DNA of 63,479 nucleotides, filler included, from Reclinomonas americana ATCC 50394 (Eukaryota): NCBI GenBank assembly GCA_048213135.1. It is 8 parts of 5 records of this genome, joined end to end, with 100 filler letters (N's around TTAATTAATTAA, not from the genome) between each part and the next. Parts side by side here need not be neighbours in the genome. Positions count along the whole stretch, not along the records: positions 57,395 to 61,377 come from PS015099.1; positions 61,478 to 63,479 come from PS015103.1; 6 more parts are not named here. One strand, 5' to 3'. Shown piece by piece: positions 57,914 to 63,479 of this stretch (position 1 is its first letter; each line of letters starts with the position of its first letter). The notes under the pieces were generated by a model. It saw only the letters and a program-made list of their open reading frames with translations, ran no database searches and was not told where the DNA came from. The position numbers and the translations under genes were made by a program.

Positions 57914-60881
57914 TTAGCCAGCGCAGTCCTCTTGGTATGAGCCGTCTTGCAGCATGCGCTCGACCTTGGCTCGTCCGCTGTCCATGTTGACGAGCGATGG
58001 ATTGGCGGAATCGCGCTCTGCCAGCAGCCATGCCACTTGCTCGCGGATGCTGGGAGCGAATTGCAGGAGGCCACTGTGGAGGGAGGTTGAGAAGGAGAAG
58101 AGAGTTGTACAGACTGTTTCTTTTCTTGCTTTCTTTCTTTCCCTCCCTCTCTCATCTCTTCTTCCCTCCCCTCCCCTTCCCCTTCCCCTTCCCTTCCTCC
58201 CTTCCCCCGAAACTCACCCACACACATACACATGCGCGCCACCACGCTCAAGCATGTCCGTCAGCGGCTCACGCCAGGTGGTCATCAGGTCGCTGACGAA
58301 CTCGGGCTTTTGTGGCGGGAAATCCGAGTACGCCACCAGCATCTTGGTGAGCGCACCGCATTCGAGTGCACGCGCCGTTAGTTCGTGGTGCGTCAGCAAC
58401 TGTGGCGCCCGCACGCCCCACAGCAGCCACGCCGGTCCCAGCTCCACGCCCTATGTACGCCAGTGTGATGAGCCCGACAATCACACACCCTCACTCCCTC
58501 TAGACTCCCGCCTCTCCGTACCTGCTCTCGCATCAGGATGCGTTCCTGCAAAAAGCCGGCGTGCGGGGCAATGCCGGCTCCGGCCGCCACCTGGATAATC
58601 GGGCGCAGCGGATCTGTCGGCAAGCGGAAGGTGGAGGGTCGCACAAAGACCCAGCTGCGATCGCCGGCACGCAGGCGGTGCAAGTAGTCGGAGCAGAAAC
58701 CGTGGAAACCGACTTGCGGATTGGACAGGCGCTTCGAGGTGAGCGACACAATGTTGGGGTTGACGCGCGACGACGAGGAGATGGAGTAGAAGCGCGGCTG
58801 GATGACGGCCAGGGTGTCGAGGAAGAGCGTCCACGGAGTGAGTGCGGCCAACTGCGGGAACTGGCGCAGCACGGAGAGGGAGGACTGGTGCGGAGCACGC
58901 ACGAGCGTCTGATACTCATCCTGCGGGAGGCACATAACGGTAAGCATGTGGAGAAACACCAAGGCACACANNNNNNNNNNNNNNNNNNNNTCAACACGCA
59001 ACGCCCGTCATCAGCTCCAATTGCTGACGCTCGGCACACAGGCCGTGATCCGCGGCCACCGCAGTCAGAAGGCGCAGCAGCTGACGGGAGCACGGACCGT
59101 GCAAGTCGAACACGTGCGTCAGTGCATACGACAGTGTGACGCCGGCGTCGTGATGCAGCACGGCCTTGATACGGGCGGCGGGATCTGCAGACTGATGTAA
59201 GAGACACGGAGCTCCGTGTGTGTGCACACACCAAACAAGGTGACGCAACTGCCGGGCACCTCACGCACACGCAGTGCCGCCAATGGCGACGCCTTGAGCA
59301 GTTGCAAGCATTCCTCGACCTCTACCGGCGAGTTGGTGCCAAACACGCCCAGATGGTCACCGGTCTCGTATCGGCAGCGCCCCGCCGTGTGCCGCACCAC
59401 GTCGAATTCGGTGTGCGTGATCACCTGGCCGGAGCCGGGCGGAAGCAGGTTGAAGGAGCGCGTGACGGCGGCCAGACCCGGGTTGCGCGCATCGAGACCG
59501 GAGCCGTCTGAGAGTGGGAAGCGAGCGGCAATGTCGTTCAGCGGCGGACTGCCGCACGTCTTGACGGCCTCGATGGAGCAGTGCGTGCTGACATGGGGAG
59601 AGTGAGTTGAGAGAGTGAGTGGTGGGTGAGGGACTAATGTGCTCACCGGAACTCATCGAGTGCCGATGTCTTCTTGCCGGCCGTCGTTGCAGAGGAGTCG
59701 GCGGGCGCAGCAGCGACATCAGCGACGCCACCACTCACGGTGGCCTTGTAGGCCTTCCAGAATTGTTCCTCCCACGCCATAAAGTCGCCTTCGAGACTGC
59801 ACGGATGAATGTAGGTAAGCGACGCTGCGTGTCACTCGCTTTGTGGTGTCCACTCGCTCGTCGCTCTGTGGTGGTGTCCCCTCACTTGTCGCTCTGTGGT
59901 GGTGTCCACTCGCTGCGCGCTCTGTGGCGGTGTCCACTCGCTGGTCGCTCTGTGGCGGTGTCCACTCGCTGGTCGCTCTGTGGCGGTGTCCACTCGCTGG
60001 TCGCTCTGTGGCGGTGCCTCCCACCTGTTTGCCCACTCGCTGCCCTCAGTGACCGTTTCCTCATTGTTTGCTCTCTGGTGTCATCCTGCGACAGATCCAC
60101 TCCGCTCCTCTCCCGTACAGTATCTCCCTTGTACGTAACTCGCTGCCATCATCGCCCTCGCCACGCGGCAGCATGGGCGTCGCCCCCAGCTCCGTCAATC
60201 GCCGCTCCAACATCTTGCCCACCATCTGGTACCGCTCCGGGAACGTCATCTTGTTGCCGAGACCAAAGATCTGAACATGCAAAAGTCAGTTGTCTGGTAG
60301 CCACACACTGCCTCTCAAACAAAACTCACCGCGTAACGCAGACTCGACAGCGACCCAGGTGTCAACCGCGGCGAGTTGAGCAACCAGTTGAAGAACGGCT
60401 TGGCATTGTCGGTGGGCTCGCCGGCGCTTCAGCACCAATTAAAAAACGATCGAAATGCACATGTACTACACGACCAATCAATCACACACTCACCCATAAC
60501 ACGCGACGACAAACACACAATCGGGCGGTGTTGCAGAGCCCAGCAGCTCGCTCTCCCACTTGAAGTCCTCCAGATCAACCACATTGGCCTTGGCCGGCGC
60601 CGGCACTCGCGTGCGCGCTCCGTCACCCAAAACATCAGCAAAACCCTGCGCATGATCACACGAGTGAGACGCGATAAAGGCGTGTGTGTGTGTCAGCGCG
60701 TACGCAACATGAGCATTGCCAGTCTGCGATCCAAACAGAATGCGTAGTGGCCGCACTGTGGGGAGAGAGAGAGAGAGTGAGCATGACATGATGCGCACGT
60801 GCTCACGAGTGACTGACCAGCAGCTGCTGTGGAGGAGAAGCATCGCGCGCCACTCGCAACTGACGCCAATGCACGCAGCAT
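57914..60881 (-). CDS. Cytochrome P450 reductase-like diflavin (FMN/FAD) reductase with presequence-like N-terminus
   Basis: ILFGSQTGNA, CYG/AGEPTDNA, YAIFGLGN, GEGDDGSDLEGDF, YETGDHLGV, IQPRFYSISSS, GFCSDYL, FVRPSTFRLP, AAGAGIAP..GFLQER, AHVYVCG, C-terminus YQEDCAG*. Confidence 0.92.
59845..60018. repeat. 28-bp minisatellite (ggtgtccactcgctggtcgctctgtggc), about 6 copies, inside reductase intron 59797-60139
   Basis: Units start at 59845, 59873, 59901, 59929, 59957 and 59985, with no spacers. Confidence 0.92.
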
Positions 60882-61575
60882 CTTTGTCTGTTCTCTCTCC
60901 TTGTCTCGTCACAAACACACGCTCTCCCCAAAAACTCATGAATCTTTTTCGCATCTCCCTACAATGAACCTGAAAACTCTTCCTTTCTTGGGGGCACACG
61001 GCTCGAACTCTCCGCGTTCAGAAACTCTGTGGCGAAGCTCTCTTCACTCACACTTTGTGAGAGTGGCGACAGCAAGCTTGGCGCTGCACGCGCGTCGCAT
61101 CTGCGCAGGGGCGCGGTTCCCAGCGGAGTCAACTGCCAGCAGATGCGGACTGGTGACCATTCGGGAAAGAACAAAATATGAGCCGAGATGCGCATCGTGT
61201 GGGATTGGCTGGAATCACTCGCCTACTCTCCTTTTCTCTCTGTCTTTTGGAGCGCAGACCACCCCACGCACACTCGTTGCATGCTTTCTCTCATTCGTCG
61301 CCAGGTCAGTCTGCGCGCGCGTGTTGTTTTGCGTGTGAAAATTTGTTTCTTTCTCACTCACTCTCTGTTGTGTTTTTNNNNNNNNNNNNNNNNNNNNNNN
61401 NNNNNNNNNNNNNNNNNNNNNTTAATTAATTAANNNNNNNNNNNNNNNNNNNNNNNNNNNNNNNNNNNNNNNNNNNNTGGGAAAGTTGGGCAAGGGGGGT
61501 TGTCTTTGAAGTCACTTCACAACACCAAACTGCATGATTTCCTCAACCTCAAACACGCACCGACACGAGAATGCA

Positions 61576-62700
61576 ATGTCAATCAAGGTGTGGGATGCAT
61601 GGTCACTGTATTGTGCTATGCACCACTCTCACTGTGACACACAGGTCTTGAGAGGGCACACCGCGCCAGTGCACTGTGTTGCCGTCACTCCCGATGGTCA
61701 GCGCATTGTGAGTTGCGGTCGAGACAGCACCGTGCGTGTGTGGTCTCTGGCGAGTGGAGCGCAAGTGCAGCAGTTTGAGGGACACAGAGGGTGGGTGAAC
61801 TCTGTCGTTGTCGCACCCGACGGTCAGCGCGTTGTCAGTGGCGGTGATGACAAGACCGTGCGTGTGTGGTCACTGGCGAGTGGGGAGGAGGTGCGACAGA
61901 TGGAGGAACACGCTCAGTATGTGAACTCTGTTGCCATCACTCCCGACGGCAAGCTCATTGTGAGCGGGAGCGCTGACCGGACTGTGCGCGTGTGGTCCAT
62001 GGCAAGTGGTGAGGAATTGCGAGTGTTGGATGGACACGCGTATGCGGTGCAGTGTGTCGCCATCACGCCCGACGGCCAGTACGCTGTGAGTGGGGGTGAC
62101 GACTTTGTACTGCTCGTGTGGCCACTGCTGTCACGTGATGAGGCGGTACGGCGGTTGGAGGGACACGCGAGTTACACCGAGTCCATCGCCGTCTCCCCCG
62201 ACGGGTGTCACGTTGTGAATGCGGGCAACGACGGCGTGGTGCGTGTGTGGTCGCTGGCGAGCGAAAAGGAGGTGCGGCGACTGTACGAACACACTGGCGC
62301 GGTGCACGCTCTCGCTTTCACTCCCGACGGCCAGTACTTTGTGAGTGCAGGTTTGGACAGAACAATACGCATGTGGTCGCTGGCGAGTGGGGAGGAGGTG
62401 CGACGGTTGGAGGGGCACGCTGATTGGGTACAGTCTGTCGCCATCACTCGCAACGGCCAGCACATTATCAGTGGCAGTCGTGACGACACGGTGCGTGTGT
62501 GGTCGAGTGCGTGCGGCATTGCTTGCTTGGAGCTCGACTGTGCACGGTTGGCCTTGTCGGCTGTGCAGGAGATGCAAGATGAAGAAGAGGGCGCAGAGGA
62601 TTCGCGGTGCCTGCCCGAGCTGGTACTACGTTGTTTTATCGTCGAGGAGGCCGAGGTCGTGGTGCATCGGTGCCTTGTTGATCCTGACTTGTCTTGGTGA
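61576..62700 (+). CDS. WD40 beta-propeller protein (7 highly similar repeats plus a short helical tail)
   Basis: MSIK|VLRGH... with seven GH...VA(V/I)TPDG..VS.G.D.TVRVWSLASG-type repeats. One 57-nt intron at 61588-61644. Confidence 0.92.
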   Translation: MSIKVWDAWSLYCAMHHSHCDTQVLRGHTAPVHCVAVTPDGQRIVSCGRDSTVRVWSLASGAQVQQFEGHRGWVNSVVVAPDGQRVVSGGDDKTVRVWSLASGEEVRQMEEHAQYVNSVAITPDGKLIVSGSADRTVRVWSMASGEELRVLDGHAYAVQCVAITPDGQYAVSGGDDFVLLVWPLLSRDEAVRRLEGHASYTESIAVSPDGCHVVNAGNDGVVRVWSLASEKEVRRLYEHTGAVHALAFTPDGQYFVSAGLDRTIRMWSLASGEEVRRLEGHADWVQSVAITRNGQHIISGSRDDTVRVWSSACGIACLELDCARLALSAVQEMQDEEEGAEDSRCLPELVLRCFIVEEAEVVVHRCLVDPDLSW

Positions 62701-63098
62701 TGGTCGGCGACAGTGGCACTCGTGTATTTTGTTTCTTTGTGTCCCTGCTCTTCTTGTCTCCAAGTGTAGCCGGTGGGCCAATTAGGTTTGCCGCGCAGCG
62801 AAACGTGCTTCTAGTCGATCGTCTCCTTTACTCTTGACGGTTCATACTGTTCTGCTGCTCATTCGTTGCTGGCACGATCCTTGTTCCGATCGCACTGCTT
62901 TGCAAAGTACGCCCACTCCGCAAGCTATGTCGTACCCGTGCATTGGAGGTGGCGGGGCGAAAAAACGTCACGGAAAGCGCGTGACGAAGACAATCCACCG
63001 TCCCGCACAACAAACACACACCAACACCCACACGCACACCCACGCACGCACCCACGCACCCACGCACACACACACACACACACACAAACACAAACACA

Positions 63099-63479
63099 AT
63101 GGCAACCAAGGTGTGGGATTTACTCGCTGCTTGTGCTGTGCACTTCTCTCACTTTGCCACGCAGGTCTTGAGAGGGCACACTGCATCGGTGCTCTCTGTT
63201 GCCGTCACTCTCGATGGTCAGCGCATTGTGAGTTGCGGCCGAGACAGCACCGTGCGTGTGTGGTCACTGGCGAGTGGAGCGCAAGTGCAACAGTTCGAGG
63301 GACATACGCACGCGGTGCTCTCTGTTGCTGTCGCACCCGACGGTCAGCACGTTGTCAGTGGGGGTGACGACAAGACAGTGCGCTTGTGGTCGCTGGAGAA
63401 TGGCAAAGAAGTGCGACGAATGGAGGGACACACTCACTGGGTGAATACTGTCGCTGTCTCTCCCAGTGGCGAGCACATT
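63099..63479 (+). CDS. Second WD40 paralog (3' end outside window)
   Basis: MATK|VLRGHTASVLSVAVTLDGQRIVSCGRDSTVRVWSLASGAQVQQFEGH. Same intron position (63111-63164) as the first copy. Confidence 0.88.
   Translation, partial: MATKVWDLLAACAVHFSHFATQVLRGHTASVLSVAVTLDGQRIVSCGRDSTVRVWSLASGAQVQQFEGHTHAVLSVAVAPDGQHVVSGGDDKTVRLWSLENGKEVRRMEGHTHWVNTVAVSPSGEHI

Noticed and set aside
59845-60018. 28-bp repeats as a CRISPR array
   Set aside because: Units are head-to-tail with no unique spacers, lie in a eukaryotic intron, and no cas genes are present.
60985-61020. B-box-like GAGTTCGAGCC on the minus strand as a tRNA
   Set aside because: No T-stem pairing or cloverleaf can be formed.
1-63479. Alternative genetic code
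   Set aside because: Conserved genes translate cleanly with the standard code, and TAA, TAG and TGA all serve as terminal stops.

Overview
This is intron-rich, GC-rich, very gene-dense DNA from an unidentified unicellular eukaryote using the standard code, with mostly 50-90 nt GT-AG introns. It is a draft assembly: eight scaffolds are joined by 100-nt N/TTAATTAATTAA/N spacers, and internal N gaps are often placeholders of about zero real length. Genes in order, spliced and translated by eye: HECT E3 ligase with two CAP-Gly-like modules; XLF/NHEJ1-like; SETD9-like; a ~4,000-aa coiled-coil protein carrying an intact class III adenylyl cyclase; IST1; KLC-type TPR protein; a divergent CCT-beta-like chaperonin tail-to-tail with prefoldin 5; two cyclin B copies with a collapsed core; PDH E1-alpha split by an assembly inversion; an MLKL-like four-helix-bundle/pseudokinase/helical-repeat/FYVE protein; a tandem RXYLT1/GT47-like glycosyltransferase; TMEM39; cyclin A; a secreted Cys-rich protein; three tandem orphan genes with presequence-like N-termini; a CPR-like diflavin reductase with a presequence-like N-terminus and NADH-type substitutions; and two tandem WD40 genes. 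The best candidate for a new system is the MLKL-like protein fused to a PI3P-binding FYVE domain. All family calls rest on motif recognition from memory, and no searches were run. No rRNA, tRNA, CRISPR array or transposase was seen.
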